A stretch of DNA of 64,000 nt from Eledone cirrhosa (taxonomy: Eukaryota): positions 8,928,001 through 8,992,000 of the forward strand of contig OZ024754.1 of NCBI GenBank assembly GCA_964016885.1, read 5' to 3'. The notes beneath the pieces were generated by a model. It did no database searches. It saw only the letters and a list, made by a program, of their open reading frames with translations, and had not been told where the DNA came from. Below are positions 37,859 to 52,858 of the stretch, piece after piece. The position numbers and the translations under genes are program-made. Within the stretch, counting starts at the first letter, position 1. Every line of letters starts with the position of its first letter.

Positions 37859-40800
37859 TAGGCTATGTATATATATATATGATGGAGGCACATGGCTTAG
37901 TGGTTAGAGCATTGGCCTTGCAATCGAAAGGTTGTGAGTTCAATTCTCAGACCGGGTGATGTGTTGTTTCCTTGAGCAAGACACTTTATTTCACATTGCT
38001 CCAGTTTACTCAGCTGTAGAAATGAGATGATAGGGACTGGGGTCCCTATTATTCCACTACAAAGTGGTCGTGGAGGTGCCACGGCAAAAAAAGCACCCAG
38101 CACTCACTGTAAATGAGGTTGGTGTTAGGAAGGGCATCCAGCTGTAGAAATCGAGCCAGAATCAGTTCCCGTCCCACCCTTGCAAGCAGGGAAAAGTGGA
38201 CGTAAAATGAAATGATGATGATGATGATGATATATATACCCAGGAGTGAGACACGATCTCCTGACCCAACTTATCTCTAAATGGGCCAAACAAAATGAAG
38301 ACATAACAAATCGTCCTTTATATATATATATATATATTTGTGTTGGTGCTCTAAAATAGTGATGTATATTGTATGTTTATTTAAAACACTTTGAAGGCCT
38401 TTCGCTATAAATTTAAGGTAGTGAATATAGTCATATACCTAGCTTCAGTGAAACCAAAGGGAAATAACCAATGATCGTTTCTCACATTTTAGTGCTTATC
38501 AAGGTTATATATCCCTTCTTTTTGCTGTGAGCTGTAGAAGCTGGATTCTTATAGAATTCCAATTATGTGTATGAGCTGTTTAAACTCATTAACATACAGA
38601 GTGGTTGCCTTAAGCAAGGTACGTGACATCTGTAACTATGAATTCATAGTGAAAGGGGTTCAAAATGTTATTTAAAAAAACTATATTATTAACTATAAAA
38701 TATGTACATTCATATATATATATAAACTTAAGCAAATTAACAAGGAGAAGACCAGACAAATTAGAACAATATTTTAAGGGGAATCCTTAAAGAATAATTT
38801 TTGAAAATAAAAATACAAATGAATGAAATAGAACTCCAGATTCATTGGCTGTTGAGATGGACTTGGCCAATTTCAACCCCTACCAATGGTACTGGTGGTC
38901 ACAGCGTCTGTCACAAGCCAATGCGCTGTCCTGTGGTGTAAGAGATGAGACAACACAATAATTTTTTAGCAATTGAGCTACAACAAGTAAACATGGATTT
39001 ATGTGCTGTCAGGAAAAAGGTATTGTACTTTCATACAACAAAACATGAGTGAAACAAAGAAAAAGTCGGAAAAAAGGCAAATTGAAGAAAGTAAGATATT
39101 GTGTTAAAATATGTAAGCCATTGAAATTAATGAGGGGAGGGGGAGAACAAGTTTATCACAGATTAGTAATGATTAACCTAGGTAATTTTAACAAAAGGGG
39201 CAAAACATGATACAATTTTTTAAGAGGAAACCTTAAAATATTATTTCTTGAAAATATATACATATATCTTTTTCATTTGATTTATATATATATATGTTCA
39301 GTAGAGATTATCTCGGTAAAAACAAGCGCATTGCCTGCGGCATATCACAAATTTTGAATTTTCATCGAGGATTTCATTCTCATAACAAATGCATGGACTA
39401 CATCTTGGATTGCATAAGAGAACCGTTAAAATAATTATTATGAATGAGCGGTTTATATCACATCAGCATCTTAATGTTATTCTTATATATATATATATAC
39501 ATATATGTAGGTTTTATATGTGGCTGATGCTCAGGTGCAGTAAGTAGCAAGTGCCCACTGGATACTAGCTCTTTCAACTACCCAGATGGTTCTATAGAAA
39601 TAGTAGGCACTTTCTGTTATCAGGGTGACAAAATCAACAGTGGAGGAGAGTGTACTGAAAGTACAGTAGCCAGAAAAAGAACGGGATGGAAGAAGTTCAG
39701 AGAGCTAATACCACTGTTAGCCGCAAAAGGTTTCTCTCTAAAAATGAAAGGCCAATTGTATGATGCTTGTATACAAACAACAAAGTTACATGGTAGTTAG
39801 ACCTGGGTATTGTGTTCAGAGGATCTGCACAGATTGGAAAGGAACGAAGCATGCATGCTCCGATGGATGTAATAGTAATATAGACAAAGGGTAAGTGTAC
39901 TAAGTGAAAAATTAGGCATAAGAGGGATTAGATGTAGTTTACTAGAGAGGAGATTATGTTGGTATGATCATGTGATGCATATGAAGAACGACAGCTCTAT
40001 AGGGCGTTCAAAATTGATGGAAGACTCATAACGAGGTGATAAAAGCTGACCTTGCACACTTGAACCTCTCTCAGACAATGACACAGGATCGAGATGTTTG
40101 GCGCTATGCAGTAATACAGAAGCCAACCTTCCTTTGTGCACGGACTTCTAGGTACCTTTTAATCCAATATATATTCCACACACTTACACCTCCCTTCCAC
40201 TACCACCCACACCACCTTTACTCTGTAAAGTTATATTGGTACCACAAAACATCCAGCTCACACTGGAAATTGATCGTGTAGGTGTCACGACAAAATGCAC
40301 CCAGTCCACATTGTAAAATAGTCATGTAGGTTTCGTGACAAAAAGATCTTAGTCTGCACTGTATGAACAAGGCATGGTCACCTGACCTAGCATTGCAAAC
40401 AACAGGGCACTCGTTAAACCCATGCTAGCGTGGAAAAATGGATGTAAGGTGGTGATGATGATGATTATATATATATATATATTATTGTTTTAACTTCACC
40501 TGTTGCAAATTTTTTTATATTGTTTTTGTAAAAAAAAACAATCTTTTTCGCACACACACACATTATATATATATATATATTTCTTTATTGAGTTTCTACT
40601 TTGGGCACAAGGCCAGCGAAATACCTCAGTGCACCACTGGTACTTTATTTTATCGACCTCGTAAGGATGAAAGGCAAAGTTAACCTCGGCGGATTTGAAC
40701 TCAGAACGCAAAGGGCCATAACTATGCTACAAAGCATGGTATCTGACGCTCTATCGATACTGCCAAATCACTATATATATATACTTTTGGCACAAGGCCA

Positions 40801-43800
40801 GCAAATAGCCAGTGCATTACTGGTACTTTATTTTATCGACCCCGTAAGGATGAAAGGCAAAGTTAACCTTGGTGGGATTTGAACTCATAATGGCAAGGGC
40901 CGTAACTCTTTGCATCAAAGCATGGCGTCCGAGCCTCTACCGATACTGCCAATCCACCGCCCTTGTATATATATAAATAGATAATCCCGTTCATTTCTCT
41001 TATAATATATATACATATATTTAACGTTCTCTTTTTTTTTTTTTTTTTTATTTCAAGTAACTTACAAGGGATATTCTATGATTGACTAGAATCACTTCCA
41101 GTGTGTGTATTTATTTACAACATTGATATTCTACACCACATTCGTCATCTATGTGACACTTGTAATGTTATTTTTACAACCAGGAATAAAATTGTTCTTG
41201 AGATATTCACTGCGAACCTGTACTTTCTCTATTTCTTGTTCGGACTTGGTATATATATATAATATTTATTTACTACACCACATTTTTCATCTGTGTGATA
41301 TTTTTGTAATGTTATTTATACAACCGGGAATAAAATAATTCTTACCCTAACCCTTATTATTCACTGCGAACCTGAACTGTTTCTATTTCCTGTCTCACCA
41401 TCTTCCATTCTTTCATCAATCTCTCGTCATTAATTTCCATCAATTCCTGTCTCCTTTTCTATATTTTATATTTTCAAGGTATTTCAACAATTTTTATAAT
41501 TCTTACGTTTCTTTCGTTAATTTATTCAGTTTTATATTTAAAATATTTCTGAGTAACATTTCCTGTATTTTCCGTCTAAATATTGTTTACATATATATAT
41601 AAATGAGGTATAGAGATTGTTTTAGCGAGAAGCTAATAGTATTCTATAACATATATGCGACTATAACGTCAAGATGGGAGAAGTAGTTAACGTAAGATTT
41701 AGGAAAAATAAAGATATATAGATATATATAATTAGAAAGTGAACAACACAAAATATAACTACTCCATTACCAAAGCTTTCTGGATCCCAGATAATAATGA
41801 TATACGTCTTTTCCTTCGGAATTACCTAATACATATATATATATATATATTTGTAGTAATGTTGCTTTGATGCGTCCATAGGTGGTATGCCGTTTGAGCA
41901 CTATGCCCCTAGATGGAAAACGAAGAATCAGTGAATCAATTTATTACGTATTACAATTGTTTTTCCAGCGAAAAGCTCCAGGTGTGATCTATTCGCCAGA
42001 GAAACAATTGTAATACGTAATTGTGTTCCGATACATCACTGATTCTTCGTTTTCCATATATAAATATATATATATAAGTTTATCACAGTTCAATCGGGGG
42101 TAACCACAGTAAGTAAGGTACTCAATACAAAGCAGAGTATAAATATTTAATATAGAAAAGGCTTCTACAGGACTAGAACCGTTTCCTTCGGGAAAAATTA
42201 TCAGGAAGCCCTATATATATATATGAAAAGTGAAGGCGCGTGGCTGAGTAGTTAGTGAATTGGACTCTCAATCGTAAGGTTGTGAGTTCGATTCCCGGAC
42301 CGAGCTATGCGTTATGTCCTTGGGCAAGACACTGTATTTCACGTTGCTCCTTCTACCTGGGGTTGCGACCGATAGAAAGTATTAGCAATTGGAAAGACCA
42401 GTATATGAAAAGAGTCAGGGCTCCGGCCGTTTTAACAGCTATATGCGAAACGGCCGGAGCTCAGCCGTCGATGTCCTGACTATTTTCATATTACCCACTC
42501 TACTACCCAAAGTATTGGTAGACCTGGTATCTTACCTCACCCTCTTTGTTATATAAATATATATATCCAGCGAACCTCAACCGTTAAGACTGTCTTTATG
42601 CGGGTATGTCAATATTTATAAAACAAATTTGTATTTTATCTAATGAAAGCGCACCATAATTTGCCTTGGTTGCCCTTGAAATATATATAATAAAATAATT
42701 ATGGTATAATTAATATATTGAATATTTACTCCACTAACTTGTTGAGTGCTTTATATCAGTTATAAAAATGTTTAAGCTTGTTGAATCCCAACAAATTAAA
42801 TATAACCTCTGCATATATATATATATATATGTGTGTGTGTGTATTTATAAATATATATATAAGTTAGACAATATATATAATAGACAATATATTACACCTC
42901 CACATCTGATATATACGAATAGGCTATGTAGCCGGTAAAACCAATAGGGTCGCAACACACATCGCTATAGTGTTTCACCAGCCCTTCCTCAATCATTCAT
43001 AGATGTGTGTGTATGTAATAATTATTTTGTATAATGTGTCTATAAATATATATCAGTAGATGTGTATGTATCACAAATATTCATCCCCCATCCTTGCTTT
43101 GGTCTCAATTAATCTTCCCCCACCCTCGCTTATTTATTTTTCAGATTTTTCTCACCGCCTCCCCGTACTTAATACACCCATCCTCTGTTTATTAAATTTT
43201 TATTTTAAGTGGTAGCATTTCGGCGACAATTTTCTTTAGACATTAAAAAACATTATACATGACAAAAAAAAAGTACATTATTAGAAATCCCATATGTTAT
43301 AAAATAAATAAGATGGGTTGGGGCTCTCACTATGTAAACTAAATGACAGATTCTGGTTTTCTATCTCTGGTGAAATTTTGAAAAATTATCGATTTTCCAC
43401 CCACCCCTTGCTTATTTCTGTTTCAATGTATTTAATATGACAAAAAACACGTGGTCATGTAGGTGTCACACCAAAATGCACACAGTTCACACTCTAAAGT
43501 GGTTATGTAGGTGTCACAACAAAAAGCACCCATGCTTCACTGTAAAGTTGTCCTGTAGGAGTCACGGTAAAAAGCACCCAGCATACACCGTAAATGTGGT
43601 TTGTGTTAGGAAGGACATCCGGCCATGGAAAAGAAGCCAGAAACAGTTCTGTGTGAGTAAGACATGGTCACCTGGCCTAGCATTGCCTTAAATGGGACAA
43701 CCCGTCTAATCCAGGCTAACATGGAAAATGGCCATTAAATGATAACTATATGTTTTTGTGTGTGTGTAAAGACCTGCAAATAAACTTCCCACTAATTGTG

Positions 43801-44575
43801 TCTACAGGAATAACACAAGTCATGTTAGTGGGGTGCCTAGAGTAACCATGTGTGAGGATCCCTTGACTGTTATCAAGCAATTGCACAGCATTTTTCCCTT
43901 CTAAGTGGAAAGAACTGTTACTCAAGGAACTGTCAAGTTACACATCTCAGGTCTCAGACAATTACTATGTTGGAAAGTCCTATAAGAATGAATTTTTGGG
44001 GTAAAGACTATAGGGTAGACCTCCCAAGAGATAGAAGGGTAAAATATATATAGAGCATGCTGGAATACCACTGCTCACATTGGAGAGTATTGCTCTGGAC
44101 AGGAAAGATATCTACAGTTTACCAATATAGAAATATAAAATTTCCACTGTTAAATCTATCGCTGCTTCTTAAGTATTCTCTATTATCTCATACTGTTTCT
44201 TTCTTATTTCAGAATATCAGATGACATTGGGATAAATTAATTTTTAATCTTGAATATATCACCTATATTTATCATCATTTCAAGACTAAACTTTTCATAA
44301 GGAACTGATATAACATTGTTTATATTAGAATTACTGTGAAAAATTTCTTCAGAACTGTGTTTATCGGAAAAATTTTGTTTCCTCACCAGCCAAAATATTT
44401 ACAAGATGATTTTGAATCTTAACTAAAGTTGGATCACAAAGAAGTTTGCATCATCTTCAGATCTTGACTGAGATCACAGTTGGGGGAAATATAGCAGAAG
44501 AAATATCTTCAGGAATATAATATATAAAATAATACAAGAATAACATCTGTAAATTCAGTCAAGGGAAGAAGAAAC

Positions 44576-46348
44576 ATGGAAAATAAATTGAGTGAGAAGA
44601 AGATTAAATGTGAAACATTGTCTGAAGATATTACTAATCCAGAAGACATGGCAAACGATAAAATAAGGAAGTCATATCACTGCGATATCTGTGGTAAATC
44701 ATTCACTCAAAGTAGTACCTTAACTAGACACAAACGTATACATACAGGAGAGAAACCATATCACTGTGATATCTGTGGTAAATCATTTTCAGTAAGTGAT
44801 AAATTGACTTCTCACAAATATACACATACAGGAGAGAAGCCATATCACTGTGATATCTGTGGTAAATCATTCGCTAAATCGGATGCATTAACTATTCACA
44901 AACGTATACATACAGGAGACAAGCCACATCACTGTGATATCTGTGGTAAATCTTTCTCAGTAAGTGGTACATTAACTTCTCACATGCGTAGCCATACAGG
45001 TGAGAAACCATACCACTGTGTCATCTGTGGTAAATCATTCTCTCAAAGTGGTCACTTAAGTACACACAAACGTATACATACAGGAGACAAGCCACATCAC
45101 TGTGATATCTGTGGTAAATCTTTCTCAGTAAGTGCTACATTAAATTCTCACATACATACCCATACAGGTCAGAAACCATACCACTGTGACATCTGTGGTA
45201 AATCATTCTCTATATCGGGTAGTTTAACTATTCACAAACGTAAACATACAGGAGACAAGCCATATCACTGTGATATCTGTGGTAAATCATTCTCAGTAAG
45301 TGATAAATTAACTTCTCACATGCGTAGCCATACAGGTGAGAAACCATACCACTGTGATATCTGTGGTAAATCATTCTCATTAAGTGGTACATTAAATTCT
45401 CACATGCATACCCATACAGGTCAGAAACCATACCACTGTGACATCTGTGGTAAATCATTCTCTATATCGGGTAGTTTAACTATTCACAAACGTACACATA
45501 CAGGAGACAAGCCATATCACTGTGATATCTGTGGTAAATCGTTCTCTGTATCGAGTGGTTTAACTAGTCACAAACGTATACATACAGGAAAGAAGCCATA
45601 TCACTGTGATATCTGTGGTAAATCATTCTCTGTATCGTGTGCTTTAACTAGTCACAAACGTATACATACAGGAGAGAAGCCATACCACTGTGACATCTGT
45701 GATAAATCATTCTCTGTATCGTGTGGTTTAACTAGTCACAAACGTATACATACAGGAGACAAGCCATATCACTGTGATATCTGTGGTAAATCATTCTCTA
45801 ATTTAACTAGTCACAAACGTATACATACAGGAGAGAAGCCATACCACTGTGACATCTGTGGTAAATCATTCTCTGTATCGTGTGGTTTAACTAGTCACAA
45901 ACGTATACATACAGGAGACAAGCCATATCACTGTGATATCTGTGGTAAATCATTCTCTAAATCGGGTGATTTAACTAGTCACAAACGTATACATACAGGA
46001 GAGAAGCCATATCACTGTGATATCTGTGGTAAATCATTCTCTAAATCGTGTGCTTTAACTAGTCACAAACGTATACATACAGGAGAGAAGCCATACCACT
46101 GTGACATCTGTGGTAAATCATTCTCTGTATCATGTGCTTTAACTATTCACAAACGTATACATACAGGAGAGAAGCCATACCACTGTGACATCTGTGGTAA
46201 ATCATTCTCTGTATCGTGTGGTTTAACTAGTCACAAACGTATACATACAGGAAAAAAGCCATATCACTGTGATATCTGTGGTATATCATTCTCTGTATCA
46301 AGTAGGTTAACTAGACACAAATATACCCATACAGGTGAGAAACCATAA
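44576..46348 (+). CDS. C2H2 zinc-finger protein 3 (590 aa, 20 fingers, one with a 3-aa deletion)
   Basis: First ~11 fingers nearly identical to ZNF2. Confidence 0.92.
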   Translation: MENKLSEKKIKCETLSEDITNPEDMANDKIRKSYHCDICGKSFTQSSTLTRHKRIHTGEKPYHCDICGKSFSVSDKLTSHKYTHTGEKPYHCDICGKSFAKSDALTIHKRIHTGDKPHHCDICGKSFSVSGTLTSHMRSHTGEKPYHCVICGKSFSQSGHLSTHKRIHTGDKPHHCDICGKSFSVSATLNSHIHTHTGQKPYHCDICGKSFSISGSLTIHKRKHTGDKPYHCDICGKSFSVSDKLTSHMRSHTGEKPYHCDICGKSFSLSGTLNSHMHTHTGQKPYHCDICGKSFSISGSLTIHKRTHTGDKPYHCDICGKSFSVSSGLTSHKRIHTGKKPYHCDICGKSFSVSCALTSHKRIHTGEKPYHCDICDKSFSVSCGLTSHKRIHTGDKPYHCDICGKSFSNLTSHKRIHTGEKPYHCDICGKSFSVSCGLTSHKRIHTGDKPYHCDICGKSFSKSGDLTSHKRIHTGEKPYHCDICGKSFSKSCALTSHKRIHTGEKPYHCDICGKSFSVSCALTIHKRIHTGEKPYHCDICGKSFSVSCGLTSHKRIHTGKKPYHCDICGISFSVSSRLTRHKYTHTGEKP

Positions 46349-47127
46349 CAAAGTCATATCTCATTATCTCAAAATGGTGAATTAATTAGACACAAATACA
46401 TTCATATAAATGAAAAGCCATACCATTGCTACATTAATTACACCCAAACTGTGATGTCTGTGATAAATCATTCTCTAAATGTTGTGGCTTCAGTAGACAC
46501 TAACATATACAGGAGAGGAACCACATCAGTGTGATGTCTGTGGTAAATGATTCTTTTGGACAGGTTACTTAATGCAAGAGAATCAGACAAGATAAAAACC
46601 ATATCACTCACCCAAAATAGTGCCACCAATGTTGTAAGTGTTTTGAATAAAACTTGTTTATTCAGAAATTATTCTCCTTTAATTTTATTTGTAAAAGTTG
46701 TAACCAACACTAGTTGTGACAAAACTGCATGGTACAGAATTTACAAACACTATATATATATATATGAGTGTATATAGAAATTATTATCCTTGAATATGAT
46801 AGTATCTGTATGTGTGTATAATTATGTGTATCTGTGTGTACGTATGTGTTCTTATATACATGTGTGCATATCTGCAGTGTCTGTTCTAGCTCTCAGAGTA
46901 CAAATCCCACTGAGGTGAAGTTGCTTCTATATTTTGAGATCCATAAATGAAATACCAGTGAAATACTGGGGTTGATTCTTCTTTGTCATTGTCTGTCTAT
47001 TCTTCTCTCTTTCTATATATATATCATCATGATCAACGTCTACCTTCCACACTAACATGGGTTAGCTGGGAACTGTCCCACTTGAGGAAAAAATTGGTCG
47101 GGTGACCATGTCTCGCTTGTATAGGGC

Positions 47128-47164
<37 letters not shown>

Positions 47165-50100
47165 CCAGGAGTGAGACACGATCTCCTGACCCAAACAAAA
47201 TGAAGACATAATAAATCGTCCTTTATATATATATATATATATTTGTGTTGGTGCTCTAAAATAGTGATGTATATTGTATGTTTATTTAAAACACTTTGAA
47301 GGCCTTTCGCTATAAATTTAAGGTAGTGAATATAGTCATATACCTAGCTTCAGTGAAACCAAAGGGAAATAACCAATGATCGTTTCTCATATTTTAGTGC
47401 TTATCAAGGTTATATATCCCTTCTTTTTGCTGTGAGCTGTAGAAGTTGGATTCTTATAGAATTCCAATTATGTGTATGAGCTGTTTAAACTCATTAACAT
47501 ACAGAGTGGTTGCCTTAAGCAAGGTATGTGACATCTATAACTATGAATTCATAGCGAAAGGGCTTCAAAATGTTATTTTAAAAAACTATATTATTAACTA
47601 TAAAATATGTACATTCATATATATATAAACTTAAGCAAATTAACAAGGAGAAGACCAGACAAATTAGAACAATATTTTAAGGGGAATCCTTAAAGAATAA
47701 TTTTTGAAAATAAAAATACAAATGAATGAAATAGAACTCCAGATTCATTGGCTGTTGAGATGGACTTGGCCAATTTCAACCCCTACCAATGGTACTGCTG
47801 GTCACAGTGTCTGTCACAAGCCAATGCGCTGTCCTGTGGTGTAAGAGATGAGACAACACAATAATTTTTTAGCAATTGAGCTACAACAAGTAAACATGGA
47901 TTTATGTGCTGTCAGGAAAAAGGTATTGTACTTTCATACAACAAAACTCATGAGTGAAACAAAGAAAAAGTCGGAAAAAGGCAAAATGAAGAAAGTAAGA
48001 TATTGTGTTAAAATATGTAAGCCATTGAAATTAATGAGGGGAGGGTGAGAACAAGTTTATCACAGATTAGTAATGATTAACCTAGGTAATTTTAACAAAA
48101 GGGACAAAACAAAGCAAAACATGATACAATTTTTTAAGAGGAAACCTTAAAATATTATTTCTTGAAAATATATACATATATCTTTTTCATTTGATTTATA
48201 TATATATATGTTCAGTAGAGATTGTTTCGGTAAAAACAAGCGCATTGCCTGCGGCATATCACAAATTTTGGATTTTCATCGAGGATTTCATTCTCATAAC
48301 AAATGCATGGACTACATCTTGGATTGCATAAGAGAACCGTTGAAATAATTATTATGAATGAGCGGTTTATATCACATCAGCATCTTAATGTTATTCTTAT
48401 ATATATATATATATATATACATATATGTAGGTTTTATATGTGGCTGATGCTCAGGTGCAGTAAGTAGCAAGTGCCCACTGGATACTAGCTCTTTCAACTA
48501 CCCAGATGGTTCTATAGAAATAGTAGGCACTTTCTGTTATCAGGGTGACAAAATCAACAGTGGAGGAGAGTGTACTGAAAGTACAGTAGCCAGAAAAAGA
48601 ACGGGATGGAAAAAGTTCAGAGAGCTAATACCACTGTTAGCCGCAAAAGGTTTCTCTCTAAAAATGAAAGGCCAATTGTATGATGCTTGTATACAAACAA
48701 CAATGTTACATGGTAGTTAGACCTGGGTATTGTGTGCACAGATTGGAAAGGAATGAAGCATGCATGCTCCGATGGATGTAATAGTAATATAGACAAAGGG
48801 TAAGTGTACTAAGTGAAAAATTAGGCATAAGAGGGATTAGATGTAGTTTACTAGAGAGGAGATTATGTTGGTATGATCATGTGATGCATATGAAGAACGA
48901 CAGCTCTATAGGGCGTTCAAAATTGATGGAAGACTCATAACGAGGTGATAAAAGCTGACCTTGCACACTTGAACCTCTCTCAGACAATGACACAGGATCG
49001 AGATGTTTGGCGCTATGCAGTAATACAGAAGCCAACCTTCCTTTGTGCACGGACTTCTAGGTACCTTTTAATCCAATATAGATTCCACACACTTACACCT
49101 CCCTTCCACTACCACCCACACCACCTTTACTCTGTAAAGTTATATTGGTACCACAAAACATCCAGCTCACACTGGAAATTGATCGTGTAGGTGTCACGAC
49201 AAAATGCACCCAGTCCACATTGTAAAATAGTCATGTAGGTTTCGTGACAAAAAGATCTTAGTCTGCACTGTATGAACAAGGCATGGTCACCTGACCTAGC
49301 ATTGCAAACAACAGGGCACTCGTTAAACCCATGCTAGCGTGGAAAAATGGATGTAAAGTGGTGATGATTATATATATATATATATTATTGTTTTAACTTC
49401 ACCTGTTGCAAATTTTTTTATATTGTTTTTGTGAAAAAAAAACAATCTTTTTCGCACACACACACACATTATATGTGTATATATATTTCTTTATTGAGTT
49501 TCTACTTTGGGCACAAGGCCAGCGAAATACCTCAGTGCACCACTGGTACTTTATTTTATCGACCTCGTAAGGATGAAAGGCAAAGTTAACCTCGGCGGAT
49601 TTGAACTCAGAACGCAAAGGGCCATAACTATGCTACAAAGCATGGTATCTGACGCTCTATCGATACTGCCAAATCACTATATATATATACTTTTGGCACA
49701 AGGCCAGCAAATAGCCAGCAAATAAACTGGTACTTTATTTTATCGACCCCGTAAGGATGAAAGGCAAAGTTAACCTTGGTGGGATTTGAACTCATAATGG
49801 CAAGGGCCGTAACTCTTTGCATCAAAGCATGGCGTCCGAGCCTCTACCGATACTGCCAATCCACCGCCCTTGTATATATATAAATAGATAATCCCGTTCA
49901 TTTCTCTTATAATATATATACATATATATAACGTTCTCTTTTTTTTTTTTGTTTTATTTCAAGTAACTTACAAGGGATATTCTATGATTGACTAGAATCA
50001 CTTCCAGTGTGTGTATTTATTTACAACATTGATATTCTACACCACATTCGTCATCTATGTGACACTTGTAATGTTATTTTTACAACCAGGAATAAAATTG

Positions 50101-50493
50101 TTCTTGAGATATTCACTGCGAACCTGTACTTTCTCTATTTCTTGTTCGGACTTGGTGTATATATATATATATATATAATATTTATTTACTACACCACATT
50201 TTTCATCTGTGTGATATTTTTGTAATGTTATTTATACAACCGGGAATAAAATAATTCTTACCCTAAACCTTATTATTCACTGCGAACCTGATCTGTTTCT
50301 ATTTCCTGTCTCACCATCTTCCATTCTTTCATCAATCTCTCGTCATTAATTTTTATCAATTCCTGTCTCCTTTTCTATATTTTCAAGGTATTTCAAATTT
50401 TTTTATAATTTTTACGTTTCTTTCGTTAATTTATTCAGTTTTATATTTAAAATATTTCTGAGTAACTTTTCCTGTATTTTCCGTCTAAATATT

Positions 50494-50538
<45 letters not shown>

Positions 50539-50624
50539 AACAAGTAAGACCCCGACGGTTGAGCTCAAGCCGTTTCGACGGCTAATTCTGGACTTTGAGC
50601 TCAGCCGTCGGGGTCTTACTTGTT

Positions 50625-50667
<43 letters not shown>

Positions 50668-50930
50668 AATATTTAGACGGAAAATACAAAATATAACTAT
50701 TCCATTACCAAAGGTTTCTGGATCCCAGATAATAATGATATACGTCTTTTCCTTCGGAATTACCTAATACACATATATATATATATATATATATATATGT
50801 ATAGTTATATTTAAAATTGTTGGGTTACAACTAGTAAATATTTATAAACTGATATAAAAGCACTCGACAAATATTTGGAGTATATTTACAATATTAAATA
50901 AATGGAAAACTATATTTATAAAACCATATT

Positions 50931-50996
50931 TATTTCATTATATATATTTCGGGGATATCATATTAACAATATGCTATGCCTTCATCAGACAAAATA
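50931..50996 (-). ncRNA. Hammerhead ribozyme in the left inverted arm of the PLE
   Basis: Reverse complement of 55945-56010. Confidence 0.7.
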
Positions 50997-51240
50997 CAAT
51001 ATAAACAGTTTTATAGATAAATATATTCGACATACCGTAATAAACATCGACTTCATTTGAAGAGGTTTACGCTAGCAGTGAAAATACAGAGAGAAAGAAA
51101 GAGAGAAAAAAAAAAAAAGAGAAAAAAGAAAGAAAGACAAAACGAAGAAAAGGAACAAAAAGAAGAAATGCATGGAACAAAATAGAGAGATGGAAAAATA
51201 GATAAAGCGAAGAGCTTCATGTAAAGAAACAGAAAGATAT

Positions 51241-52457
51241 CATCATCATCATCATCATCACCGTTTTACGTCCGTTCTTCCACGCTAGCATGGGTTAGAC
51301 GGGTTGTCCTGTTGTGGGCAGTGTCTGGTCGGCTGACCATGCCTTGCTCATACAGGAACTGATCTGGCTTGATTTCTACAGCTGGATGCCCTTCCTAACA
51401 CCAACCTCATTTACAGTGAGTGCTGGGTGCTTTTTCGTGGCGCCTACACGTCCACTTTACAGTGTGGGCTGGGTGCTTTTTTGCCGTGGCACCTCCACGA
51501 CCACCTTGCGGTGGGGGGGGGGGGGCATATTGTTTATATGCTTCAGCATGTACCCATGGGAGGTCGGGTACCCTGTATTACTGCGTGACGCCAGAAGTCA
51601 CGGTCGTGTGTCATTGACTTTGAGAGGTGTAGTTGGGTAAGGTCGGCTTTTATCACCTCATCCCAAGTCATCTTGGGTCTCCCCACTCCGCGGTTTCCAT
51701 CAACTTCTAGTGCTCTGCACCTTTTTATGCAGCTGTCATCCTTCATACGCATCACATGTCCATACCAGCGTAACCGCCTCTCCTGCACGCAGCATTTGAT
51801 TCCTCTTATGCTCAGTCTCTCTCTCAATTCATTTATGCTTTGTCGTTCACGTATATTACTGTTACACATCCATCGGAGCATGCAGGCTTCGTTTCTCTCT
51901 AATCTACGTAAGTCTTCCACCTTCAGCGCCCAGGTCTCACTACCATGCAACATCGCTGTTCGGATACACGCATCATACAGTCTGCCTTTCATTCTGAGGG
52001 AGAAGCCTTTTGCAGCTAGCAGTGGTAGTAGTTCCCTAAACTTCTTCCATCCCGTTCTTACCCTAGTTATTGTACTTTCTGAGCACCCACCTCCGTTGCT
52101 AATTCGGTCACCTAGGTAGCAGAAGCTGTCTACTGTTTCTACAGGGCCCTCCCAGAGATTGGTGGTACTTGTTTCCTGTGGCTGTTTGCTTGCTGTTTCA
52201 GCACAGCTGCTGCATGTGAATCCTACATTCTTAATTAAGCTTCCTGAGATCCCGCTACATCTCTTGTGTACCCATTGTTTGCATTTGGGGCAAAGAATGG
52301 AGTTCCTACCTACACCTTTCCTACATACTGAGCAAGGCCATTTCCCTGAGGGGATCTGGGTTCTGTTTTCTCGTCTACTTATAAGGACCTTAGTCTTTGT
52401 CATGTTGACTTTGAGGCCCTTTCTCTCTAGTCCCTGCTTCCAGGTTTGGAATTTATT
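51241..52457 (-). mobile_element. 5'-truncated young RTE copy nested in the PLE left arm
   Basis: Near-identical to 34296-35484; sits in a (TA)n that is uninterrupted in the right arm (55675-55691). Confidence 0.9.
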
Positions 52458-52858
52458 TGGAATATATATATATATAGAGAGAGAGAGAGGAAATAGAGAT
52501 AGATACATATATATATATAGAAAATTAGGTAGTGGGAGGTCATTTTGAGTAAGTGTATCAATGATACATTTATTTATTTATTTATTTATTTATTTAGCTC
52601 AAGTATTAATGTAAGGGAGAAATATAGAGAGATATAGAGAGAGACAAAAAAATTTAAAAATAGCCAGACATATTCGAGGCGTAGAAAACCCTATGTTTTA
52701 ATGTATTAGTATTTATAAAACTTACACTATATTGTAAATATCAGTATTCCTGAATGAAACAAGTATCCATAATGTGTGAAAATTCATTATCTTATGTTTA
52801 GTTTTAAAAAATTCATATGTTTATGTGACAGCTACAAACATCAATGTGAATCCAACTC

